This document shows positions 54,393 through 62,990 of a DNA stretch of 64,000 bases, piece by piece. A model generated the notes under the pieces. It did not search any database. It worked only from the letters and a program-made list of their open reading frames with translations, and had not been told where the DNA came from. How positions within the stretch are numbered: position 1 is the stretch's first letter; each line of letters begins with the position of its first letter. The DNA is taken from NCBI GenBank assembly GCA_963662285.2, contig CAXXMV010000002.1, positions 1,152,001 to 1,216,000 of the forward strand, in the 5' to 3' direction. The translations under genes were made by a program, and so were the position numbers. Source of the DNA: a bacterium. GTDB lineage: Bacteria; Hinthialibacterota; Hinthialibacteria; Hinthialibacterales; Hinthialibacteraceae.

Positions 54393-55899
54393 TGTACAGA
54401 CCGGGTAGATGGGTAACACATGTTCGGGGACATGGGTTACAGTTTTTTATCAAAACCGGGATTTATCCCAGGTTATTGTTTGAGTTTTTTTTTAGGCATC
54501 TAGAGATGCTCAGGATAATTGGTTGGCTTAGAGGGAGGAGGTGAATATTTCACCTCCTGCATTATCCCTCGCACCTCGGATCGGCTATCCCTGGCGGGTT
54601 GCACTCCTGCAGCGCCCGCTTCCGTTTCGCCCAACCAATTTCTATTGTGACGCCTTTTTCTGGATTGCCAAGTTATCTTCTTTGATTTCATTCAAACGCA
54701 GATCGAGCATCTTGATTTTTTGTCGGCAAAAATATACGTCCATCATCCCATCGGTCATAGCGGGTTTCAAGGCAACCGGGCATCCTACCAGGGCGCGGCT
54801 CACCCGGTAATCTTCACCACGGTACGCCACCCGACCTCCTTGTTGCACCTTCCTGATAATGCTGCCCGGCGCGTACTCGATATCCGGCAAACTTCCCGGA
54901 TAAACAAAAGGACTGGACGTATAATGGTTAGCCGGGACATCCATATCCAGGGCTTCGTGAGGACGCTCAAAATTGTATTCATAACGCCACTCATCAAACC
55001 GCCTTTGGCAATATTCCAAATCCACAAACGATTCCCTTATCAGCAATTCTTGCTTAAAGGTCCGGTGAAATCGCTCGACCTTGCCTTGGGTTTGCGGATG
55101 GTAGGGGCGACCGTGATACACGCGAATACCCAATCGTATCAGCCATATTGTCAATCTGGTGTATTCGCAGGTTTTGCATCCTCCCCACGGACTTCCGTTA
55201 TCCATCAACATCGCCCGAGGCATACCATACATCCTGAACACGCTTTCCAGGGAGTCTTGCACGGTTTCCCTTTGCTGATTGGCGCACGAAAATAATCCGG
55301 GAACAAAGCGCGTGCAATCATCCAGAATGCTGAGCGGATAACAGCGTGCTTTGAGCGTGGGAAAATCTCCTTTGAAATCCATTTGCCACAATTCGTTGGG
55401 CGTATCTTTTTCAAAACGCTTATAGGCTTTGTGCTTGTGACTTTCCTTTTCATCCAGCAATCCCAGTCGGCGTAACACGGCAGTAATAGTGCTGGCGCTA
55501 GGAACATTTTCGTATCCCAATTGAATCAGACGAGAGCGAATTTTGCGTCCTCCCCATCCTTTTTCGCGATTTTCTGTAATGGCTTGCTCGATAGACTTAT
55601 CTGTTTGATGAGGGCAAGTATTGGGTTTTTTGGAACGGTCTTGGAGATTTTCGCCTCCTCCTTCTTTGTACCGTTTGATCCATTTGTAACCCGTCTTACG
55701 GCTGATATCAAACCGTTTACATAATTGGCTGATGTTGCTTTCTTCTTGCTGGCTCAACAATACGAATTCTTTTCTCAGAGACATAAGGTCCACCTCGTTC
55801 CAGGGCATATTCTTCGCCTCCTTTCAAGGCTAGAATACACTCAGGGAATGTGTTACCTATGTCCCCGAACACCTGTTACCCATGTCCCAGGCCTTTACA
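54393..55899 (-). mobile_element. IS481-family element, copy 2 (1507 bp)
   Basis: Near-identical to copy 1; 5-bp TSD CCAAG at 54388-54392 and 55900-55904. Confidence 0.93.
54642..55808 (-). CDS. IS481-family transposase
   Basis: Differs from copy 1 at two visible residues (V/G, T/M). Confidence 0.95.
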   Translation of the reverse strand: MPWNEVDLMSLRKEFVLLSQQEESNISQLCKRFDISRKTGYKWIKRYKEGGGENLQDRSKKPNTCPHQTDKSIEQAITENREKGWGGRKIRSRLIQLGYENVPSASTITAVLRRLGLLDEKESHKHKAYKRFEKDTPNELWQMDFKGDFPTLKARCYPLSILDDCTRFVPGLFSCANQQRETVQDSLESVFRMYGMPRAMLMDNGSPWGGCKTCEYTRLTIWLIRLGIRVYHGRPYHPQTQGKVERFHRTFKQELLIRESFVDLEYCQRRFDEWRYEYNFERPHEALDMDVPANHYTSSPFVYPGSLPDIEYAPGSIIRKVQQGGRVAYRGEDYRVSRALVGCPVALKPAMTDGMMDVYFCRQKIKMLDLRLNEIKEDNLAIQKKASQ

Positions 55900-55962
55900 C
55901 CAAGCCTGGGGGAGGTTAGGTGGGGGGTTGATTCGTTGAACGCAACCCCCTCCTCTAACTCC

Positions 55963-56047
55963 CAATGTCATTAAGTTAAGCCCCTTGTCCCCTCTCCCAT
56001 CGGGAGTTACTCATGTCCCAGGCCTTTACACCAAACTTGGGGGGATA
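55963..56047. mobile_element. Scar: isolated IS4-like end, family C REP half and orphan IS481 end
   Basis: CAATGTCATTAAGTTAAG; CCCCTCTCCCATCGGGAG; GTTACTCATGTCCCAGGCCTTTACA followed by CCAAACTTGGGGGG. Confidence 0.7.
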
Positions 56048-56124
56048 ATTTTAATGAAAAAGTCTTGTATAAAGCATAGTTATAATGTTACTGTTTTATA
56101 TGGCTGACCTGTTACGATTAAAGT

Positions 56125-56152
56125 AAAAAAGGCCCGGATATCCGGGCCTTTT
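56125..56152. terminator. Bidirectional Rho-independent terminator
   Basis: AAAAAAGGCCCGGATATCCGGGCCTTTT. Confidence 0.85.
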
Positions 56153-56181
56153 AACCTTATCGCTTTAGGTTTTTCTGAGGT

Positions 56182-56805
56182 TCATTTCTTTAATACGCAA
56201 ACCAGTGAAATCTCCTTTTGTTTGGCGAAATCTGCGGGAGCAATAAATCCTTTGCGATCATGTTTAATTTTAATTCCCAGATGGTTGTAGCATTCCCACA
56301 CATATTCTGAGCAGATATACTCACGATCTCTTTTTAGTTCTTTTTTTTCGGCGTTTGAGAAAGGCAGCCATGATGTCGCGATTCTGGCAGCGATTTTGGC
56401 TATTTCTTTGTTGTCGTAGGGATAGCCGAAAAGATCCACTGCGAATTGTCCGAATTTGTCCATGTTTTTCTGTTTTGCTTTTTCCGCGAAGTTTGAGTGG
56501 CGTAGAAGAACGAATCCTCCTTTGTATGGATTGCCTTTGCTGTCGTAGTCGGTCAGGTATTTGCTGAGAGGGACGGTTCGGATTCCGAGAGGTTCAACGC
56601 TTTCCAGAACCATGACCCGGTCAATTGCATCCAATCGCATAACAAATCCTACATGGCTCCAACAACTCTTGGTCGCCCTTTGGATCATCTTTGAGAAAAA
56701 GCCCGAACCAGAGCAAAGAAGAATATCGCCTGATTGGATATTCTTGCGAAAATCTTTATAATCAACTGCTTTGTTGGTTGGGAATTTAGTTGAGGGAATT
56801 GCCAT
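56182..56805 (-). CDS. Permuted papain-like amidase (YiiX/YebB, NlpC/P60 family)
   Basis: GDILL, WSHVG, GYPYD, YICSEYV, IAPAD. Confidence 0.85.
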   Translation of the reverse strand: MAIPSTKFPTNKAVDYKDFRKNIQSGDILLCSGSGFFSKMIQRATKSCWSHVGFVMRLDAIDRVMVLESVEPLGIRTVPLSKYLTDYDSKGNPYKGGFVLLRHSNFAEKAKQKNMDKFGQFAVDLFGYPYDNKEIAKIAARIATSWLPFSNAEKKELKRDREYICSEYVWECYNHLGIKIKHDRKGFIAPADFAKQKEISLVCVLKK

Positions 56806-56962
56806 TGCATTACTCCTTCCTCAGGATTTTTTTTGATTATAAATGCATTTTTATTTATGTAAAAATTAGTATAGAGTGATTTTGAATAATACGCGTGTTA
56901 GTGGAGTTGTTCAAAATTCCATTGACTTTTTGTCGGCTCATCATAAATTGGTTTAAAGAACC

Positions 56963-56991
56963 ACGGTGAGATTCGCACCGAATCTCACCGT
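56963..56991. terminator. Perfect 13-bp hairpin, possible terminator
   Basis: ACGGTGAGATTCG-CAC-CGAATCTCACCGT. Confidence 0.5.
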
Positions 56992-57061
56992 TTGGGGGGA
57001 GGGGGATGTATCGCATTAGACTATCTGCTGTTTGCAATACATGTATTATTCTGTAATTTGT

Positions 57062-57667
57062 TTAGGCGTCTTCTTTCTCATTATCCTCGTTTGTGATTCT
57101 TTTCAGGGCTTTGCGAACTTCGGGGGGCAGTTCTACAAATTCTTCTACCAAGCCTAATTCTTGAATGACTCTGGCTGCTAGTTTAACTAAACCTTTGGGA
57201 ACCTTAACATGGATATCTTGACCTTTATCATCATCTTGATCTTCTTTTACATGCACGGTAATGAAATTTAATTGTTTGCGGTTTTCGTCAGTGATTGGTT
57301 CAAACCATACGCGAACTTTGTCTTCTCCGGTAATGCGAACCAGGTCTTCACCTTCAAGCGTACTGAGTTCTTTCATGATTGTTTTGGGAGTTAATTCCAG
57401 TTTTTCGCAGGCTTGATGGATCTCTTTGGGCATTACTTTGTAAAGAACGTCAAGCAATCCCAGTGGTACTGATATCTCTACTATTTCACCGCGTTTTTGT
57501 TCTACTTCTACTCGCAGCAAAGTTGTTTCTGCATCCAGCGCAGCGCTGGCGCTATTGATGATGGTTAGTCCTGTGATGATGCAGCATGTGAAAATCAATG
57601 CTGTTGTGATTGTTTTTTTGGAAATGTTCATCATAATCCCTCTTCTCTTTTTTTGTATTTCCGTCAT
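57062..57667 (-). CDS. Secreted hypothetical protein with internal duplication
   Basis: LRVEVE..VEISVPLGL and ITVHVKE..IHVKVPKGL repeats; signal peptide. Confidence 0.7.
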   Translation of the reverse strand: MTEIQKKRRGIMMNISKKTITTALIFTCCIITGLTIINSASAALDAETTLLRVEVEQKRGEIVEISVPLGLLDVLYKVMPKEIHQACEKLELTPKTIMKELSTLEGEDLVRITGEDKVRVWFEPITDENRKQLNFITVHVKEDQDDDKGQDIHVKVPKGLVKLAARVIQELGLVEEFVELPPEVRKALKRITNEDNEKEDA

Positions 57668-57829
57668 CCATTGAAACTAATACGGAGAGAGTTCTGGATT
57701 ATTTCAATTTTATTTCATTTTTTTTATTTTTCTTGTTTGTATCATGCTTAATATATCAACGAAAAGTGTAAAATAACCATAAATATATATTGGGAATATT
57801 GCTGCTAAAGTTTTAGCAAATATTGATTT

Positions 57830-58687
57830 ATGAAGAGGAAAATAATGAAAAGAATTATTATGCGTTATTCTGTATTATTTTTGTGTTTAGTATTTTTTAC
57901 CCTATCCGCCCAGACTCAACCAATCCCCAGAATATTATTGGTTGGCGACAGTTGGCCGGAAATAATGTGGAACGAAAGGTCTTTCCAAAAAGTATTAGAT
58001 CAGTCCGGTTTAAGTCAGTTCGAGGAAAAAGGCGCAGTTACCGCCAGAGGTGGATCAACCGCCCAGCAGTGGGCGACCCAGGGTTATCTTCATAACATCA
58101 CCGCTGAACTGGATAAGTATCCTACCATCGATATTGTTTGCTTATGGATAGGCGGAAATGATTTTCTCCCAGCAAGTAGTCCTTCTGATACGCCGTCGCA
58201 AATCAATGCTTTGAAAACAAATATCACTAAGAATGTAGAAATAATTGTAGATCATATTTTATCTATTCGACCTGATTTAAGGGTTCTTTTAGTCGATTAT
58301 GATTATTTGGTTTGGATATCTGGATTTACTACGCCAGAATTAAATGGAAGGTTTATCGATTTTGCGCAGGCCAGGTTGGAATTAGCCAATACCAAAGAAC
58401 GGATGTTCTATTTATCAAATTACGGATTGATGCAGCATGCTTATGGCTTAACCGGTATATACGAGCCGGGTGAATTACCTGCTCCAGGCGGCCCGCCTAA
58501 TCATGATCCACTTGCGGGAGGCGACCCGAATTACGGCAGCCCGGCAAGCGCTTTCAGGGATACTCTCCATTTGACGACCGAGGCATATTTGGTTCTGGCG
58601 CAAAGATGTGTGGATATGTACCTGGAAGATTGGCTGCTGCATCCACTGGGGCAATCCAGCGTGCAAAGTTGGGAATTATTGAATTAG
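57830..58687 (+). CDS. Secreted SGNH/GDSL hydrolase, C-terminal SSVQSWELLN
   Basis: LVGDSW, IGGND, DTLH. Confidence 0.85.
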   Translation: MKRKIMKRIIMRYSVLFLCLVFFTLSAQTQPIPRILLVGDSWPEIMWNERSFQKVLDQSGLSQFEEKGAVTARGGSTAQQWATQGYLHNITAELDKYPTIDIVCLWIGGNDFLPASSPSDTPSQINALKTNITKNVEIIVDHILSIRPDLRVLLVDYDYLVWISGFTTPELNGRFIDFAQARLELANTKERMFYLSNYGLMQHAYGLTGIYEPGELPAPGGPPNHDPLAGGDPNYGSPASAFRDTLHLTTEAYLVLAQRCVDMYLEDWLLHPLGQSSVQSWELLN

Positions 58688-58748
58688 AATTATTCTGGTA
58701 CTTTGATCAACTCATAATCTGAGGTAACAAATTTCCCTCTCCCGCCGG

Positions 58749-59228
58749 GCTCCTCTCCTGACACAAATCAGGAGAGGAGCATGAAACGGAGAACATCATA
58801 GAGTGGGGAGCATCGGCTTCTAGCCGGTGCGTCAAAGAAACCTATAAACCAGTCAACCAATTCCTAATGTCTCGTAGAATCCTTCCTCACATTCAATATC
58901 CTGGCCAAACCTATTTCATTACGTTCAGAATCCATGATATTATTATGCCAAACGTAGTGTTGTCATGAATTCATGTTTGTGTTGTGATGCCGGATCACGT
59001 GCACATCCACCTGACGCCATTGGAAATTTCAAACCTTGGATATCATTCGATCACAACAATACTTCATATTTGTTTGAAGAGAACCAAAGGTATTGGCGCA
59101 CCGGCTAGAAGCCGATGCTCCCCTTTTTGATGTTCCCTGGTTATTGGTTGAGTGTTTTTTCAGTTCATCAGAGGTAGGTGCATTGCCACTACTTCAATTT
59201 CACAACAATGTGTCTGGAGAGTAGCACT
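58749..59228. mobile_element. MITE-like insertion splitting a family C REP
   Basis: Imperfect 17-bp IRs GCTCCTCTCCTGACACA / TGTGTCTGGAGAGTAGC; CCGGG duplicated at 58745 and 59229. Confidence 0.5.
58805..59123 (+). pseudogene. Deleted RAYT (REP-associated HUH tyrosine transposase) between perfect 27-bp inverted REPs
   Basis: MSRRILPHIQYPGQTYFITFR..*..VVMPDHVHI; IR GGGGAGCATCGGCTTCTAGCCGGTGCG at 58805-58831 and 59097-59123. Confidence 0.8.
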
Positions 59229-59284
59229 CCGGGAGAGGGCTAGGGTGAGGGGGAATTACAGAACACCAATCAAACGAGCCTGCC

Positions 59285-60283
59285 TCAGGACAGCGATGAA
59301 ATCGCGTTGAGGGCCAGATCAGCGGTTCTTCCCGCCTTGAGGTAGTGATAGGCCAGTCCGGCTACCATAGCGCCGTTGTCCATCGAAAAGCGTTTTTCGG
59401 GGATATAGACGTTGTATCCTGCTTTTTCAGCCCGCTTAGTCAGTTCGTCACGCAGTGGTTGGTTGGCGGATACGCCGCCGACCAGTGAAATATGGCGCAA
59501 TCCGAATTGTTGAGCGGCGCGTAATGTCTTGGTAACCAGCACATCTACCGCCGCTTGTTGGAATGATGCAGCGATGCGGGTTATCTCGGCTTCATCAAGA
59601 GTGTTTTTGCGCATGTAGTTGACTACAGCGGTTTTTAATCCACTGAATGAAAAATCTAATCCCTTAGACATCATGGGGCGCGGGAACTTGATCCATTCAC
59701 CGTCGAAATTCGCGGCGCGTTTCTGGATAGCCGGTCCACCGGGGTATCCCAGATCGAGGGCTTTGGCTACTTTGTCGAAGGCCTCGCCAGCCGCGTCATC
59801 TTTGGTTCCACTGAGCCGGGTTAATTCCTGCCAGCTGTCGATGCGGTAAAGAGAAGTATGCCCCCCGGATACCAGTAAGGCCAAATGAGGGAAGGGTGGA
59901 TGTTGATCGGGCGGCATGTCTAATGCCGTGGTATAGACATGCGCTTCGAGATGGTTGACGCCGATCAGCGGCTTGTGTAGTGAATAAGCCAGAGATTTAG
60001 CCAGCGATAAGCCCGCCAATAGACATCCGGCTAAACCGGGGCCGTATGTAACCGCCACCGCATCAATCCGGTTAAACGACATATCCGCTTGGGATAGGCA
60101 TTGTTTAACCAGAGGCGCCAGATTTTCGACATGGGCGCGGGAAGCGATTTCCGGCACTACTCCGCCATAGGGACGATGTATTTCGATTTGCGATGAAACC
60201 AGATTGGAGAGAGTATGCACTCCATCAACCGTTATGGCTACTGCGGTATCATCGCATGATGTTTCAATTCCTAGGATTCGCAA
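59285..60283 (-). CDS. tsaD: tRNA N6-adenosine threonylcarbamoyltransferase
   Basis: ILGIETSCDDT, GGVVPEIASRAH, HLEAH, VSGGH, FSFSGLKT, DNGAM. Confidence 0.97.
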   Translation of the reverse strand: MRILGIETSCDDTAVAITVDGVHTLSNLVSSQIEIHRPYGGVVPEIASRAHVENLAPLVKQCLSQADMSFNRIDAVAVTYGPGLAGCLLAGLSLAKSLAYSLHKPLIGVNHLEAHVYTTALDMPPDQHPPFPHLALLVSGGHTSLYRIDSWQELTRLSGTKDDAAGEAFDKVAKALDLGYPGGPAIQKRAANFDGEWIKFPRPMMSKGLDFSFSGLKTAVVNYMRKNTLDEAEITRIAASFQQAAVDVLVTKTLRAAQQFGLRHISLVGGVSANQPLRDELTKRAEKAGYNVYIPEKRFSMDNGAMVAGLAYHYLKAGRTADLALNAISSLS

Positions 60284-61664
60284 GGCTGTATAGACTTTCT
60301 TTATTGGATTGGAGCAAGACTGCTCCCTTTATGCATTGATAGGCCGTGTATAATTCGATATCGTAAACCTGGTCTTGCTCGCTCTCTTCCTTCTTTTCGA
60401 ATATTTCATCTACCGTGACGGGTTTATCCGGATCGGCTTCCTGTTCGACTTTTTCTTCAACTTTTTTTCCGGTCTGTGCAGGATGTAGATAGCCGACTTT
60501 ACCGGCCAGGTGAACTGCCCGTCGTTGTTCGTCTGTAACCTGGGCAAAGATATCCGGCAGCAATCCTTTTTGCTCATCGATGGATTTACCGGCTGGCGTA
60601 TAATACTTGGCGGTAGTAATTTTAAGTCTGGCGCCTTCCAGGGAGGGCAAATCGTATACTGTTTGAACCAAGCCTTTACCGAAGGTTCGATGCCCGACAG
60701 GCCCGACTATGATGCCGCGTTTATGGTCCTGGAGGCAGCCGGCGACGATCTCCGATGCGCTGGCGGAGTATTCGTTTACCAACACCGCCAACGCAAAATT
60801 GCTGACGGGTTTCTTTTTGGAATAATAGGTTGTTTCAAAATCGTTGCAGTCTTTTTGAGAGACGATTATTTTATCTTTTTCAAGAAACAGATCGCAAATA
60901 CTTACCGCTACATCAAGCAGCCCCCCTACGTTATCTCTTAAATCGAGCACCAAACCACGCATGCCTTCGTCTTCCAGTTTACGGATGGCTTTTTCCAACT
61001 CTTCGGAGGCGTCACGGGTGAAATCGCGCAGCCTGATATAGCCGATAGACGAATCGAGCATAATTTGTTCATCATTTGGTACGGCGCTTACATTGATTAT
61101 CGCTCTAGTAAGGGTTTTCTTGATTAATTCAGTCTCTCCTTTTCGGGCGATAGAGATGGTAACCTGGGTGTCCGGTTCTCCCTTGAGCTGTTTGATGGCT
61201 TTTTCGATGGATATGCCCCGCATGCTGACGCCTTCGATCTCAACAATCCGGTCTCCGCTCAAAAGTTGGGCTTTGCTGGCGGGAGTATCCGGCAATGGTT
61301 CAAGCACCGTTAGCCATCCGTCAATCACTTTGATTTGAATGCCCAGGCCGCCGAATGAACCTTCGGTTTGATCATCAAATTCCTTGGCTTCGTCAACTTC
61401 CAGGAAGACGCTATAGCGGTCAAGGCTGGAGACCATCCCATGAATAGCTCCTTTGACCAGATCTTCGGTTTTTGTTTTATCCGAATCAACATAATTCTTC
61501 TGGATGGTGACAAGTACTTTGGTGAGTACTTTCATCTTTTTCATGTATTCGTCGATATCTTCATAGGCTAGAACGCTGCGTTGAACGCCTATTCCTGTTC
61601 CAATAAATACGAATAACATAACAACAAAGAGGAAATAAATATGTTTTCTGCCCGGGGTTGCCAT
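60264..61664 (-). CDS. ctpA: S41 C-terminal processing peptidase
   Basis: PDZ FGGLGI, LDLRDNVGG, SASASEIV, TFGKG. Confidence 0.92.
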   Translation of the reverse strand: MATPGRKHIYFLFVVMLFVFIGTGIGVQRSVLAYEDIDEYMKKMKVLTKVLVTIQKNYVDSDKTKTEDLVKGAIHGMVSSLDRYSVFLEVDEAKEFDDQTEGSFGGLGIQIKVIDGWLTVLEPLPDTPASKAQLLSGDRIVEIEGVSMRGISIEKAIKQLKGEPDTQVTISIARKGETELIKKTLTRAIINVSAVPNDEQIMLDSSIGYIRLRDFTRDASEELEKAIRKLEDEGMRGLVLDLRDNVGGLLDVAVSICDLFLEKDKIIVSQKDCNDFETTYYSKKKPVSNFALAVLVNEYSASASEIVAGCLQDHKRGIIVGPVGHRTFGKGLVQTVYDLPSLEGARLKITTAKYYTPAGKSIDEQKGLLPDIFAQVTDEQRRAVHLAGKVGYLHPAQTGKKVEEKVEQEADPDKPVTVDEIFEKKEESEQDQVYDIELYTAYQCIKGAVLLQSNKESLYSLANPRN

Positions 61665-61766
61665 CTGCCTGACTCCTTGGGAGTATAGATTTTTATCTGT
61701 TTACCATTGTTTATAAAAAATTTATTCTGATCAAATCTTATATCCGTTTATATTTTTATATACCGA

Positions 61767-62987
61767 TCATCGGCTCAGCCACGAAATGGGATTAAGCGCC
61801 TGATCGTTATATCGCAAACCGAAATAATACTCCATACCCATAGTATGCCCGATCACCTGCCCGGATGAAACGCTTTGCTGCGAGGAAACTTGCGGTTTTA
61901 CATTTCCATAAACCGTCACGTAATCATCTCCATGATCAATAATGATAGTTGACCCCATGCCTGCGATCTCGCCGGTATGAAAAACAACGCCCTTGGCAAC
62001 GGTGCAAATCGGATTATTTTCGGAAACGCGCACATTGATGCCGTAACTCCGCATTTTAACCTGGTATTGAGGGTGGGTAAACTCGCCGAAGGGGCGCACG
62101 ATAGTTCCTGGTGCAGGCCATGGCAGTTTGCCTTTTTGCTGAGCGATAGGACGATTATCCCCTGTTGTTGATTGTGATTGTGTTATAGGTATTTTAACTG
62201 CGATTTCGCTTGGAGGCGGTTTTGTTTGTTGCTCTTGTTTACGTTTTGCTTCTTCTGCGCTTCTTTTTTGTGCGGCTGCCAGTCTTTGTTTAGCGATACT
62301 CTCTTGAATGATTTTTTCAGCAGACGCCAGTTCGTTGCGTAATTCAGCAACGCGCTTTTCTATTTCAGCGGATGTTATTTGAGCTTTTTCTACTGCTTTT
62401 GAATTTTCTGTAACAACACGTTCATGATTCTCTTTTTTTTCCAGATCGGCCGGAAGATAACGGGTGAAAATTCGTTCCTGAAGCGCTTGTTTATCTTCAA
62501 TTACGTTCAATAGTTCGGCCATGCGGGGCTTTTCGCCCTGCATTTCTTGAAATATCTTTTGCGTGATCTGGTCGATGGCCTGAGATATGCTTTTAACGGT
62601 TATTTGATGAGCTGGTCCCTGATATGGGGAATATGGTTTATAGTCGCTGAGAATTTCAAGGCAGCGTGAGAAAAAAAGTTCTCTCTTGTTATTTCGTACT
62701 TCAATGTGAGATATTTCGGTTTGCGCCGCATCAATCACTTTTTGGGCTTGATCCAGATTATATTGATAATTACGGAGGATTTTATCGAATTTTTGTAATT
62801 TGTATTGACTGTTTTTTATACTATTTTCCAGTTGACGTTTTTGTTCTTGAATATCTTTAGCCCGCTTCATCTCCGTCTGGATCTTTTTACGTAAACTGCT
62901 GGTGCTTTGCTGGATTTTTTCGGCAGAGCATGGCGCAGCCATAATGACAGTGAGCATAATAATTAATGCGCTTCGCGTGAAGAACAT
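61767..62987 (-). CDS. envC: Murein hydrolase activator EnvC-like (coiled coil + degenerate M23)
   Basis: KGKLPWP..G, IIIDHG..TVYG, NPISWL; lacks the M23 Zn-binding motifs. Confidence 0.75.
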   Translation of the reverse strand: MFFTRSALIIMLTVIMAAPCSAEKIQQSTSSLRKKIQTEMKRAKDIQEQKRQLENSIKNSQYKLQKFDKILRNYQYNLDQAQKVIDAAQTEISHIEVRNNKRELFFSRCLEILSDYKPYSPYQGPAHQITVKSISQAIDQITQKIFQEMQGEKPRMAELLNVIEDKQALQERIFTRYLPADLEKKENHERVVTENSKAVEKAQITSAEIEKRVAELRNELASAEKIIQESIAKQRLAAAQKRSAEEAKRKQEQQTKPPPSEIAVKIPITQSQSTTGDNRPIAQQKGKLPWPAPGTIVRPFGEFTHPQYQVKMRSYGINVRVSENNPICTVAKGVVFHTGEIAGMGSTIIIDHGDDYVTVYGNVKPQVSSQQSVSSGQVIGHTMGMEYYFGLRYNDQALNPISWLSR

Positions 62988-62990
62988 GGA

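Noticed and set aside
30055-55899. Composite transposon bounded by the two IS481 copies
   Set aside because: Each copy has its own matching TSD (CAAAC vs CCAAG), so they are independent insertions.
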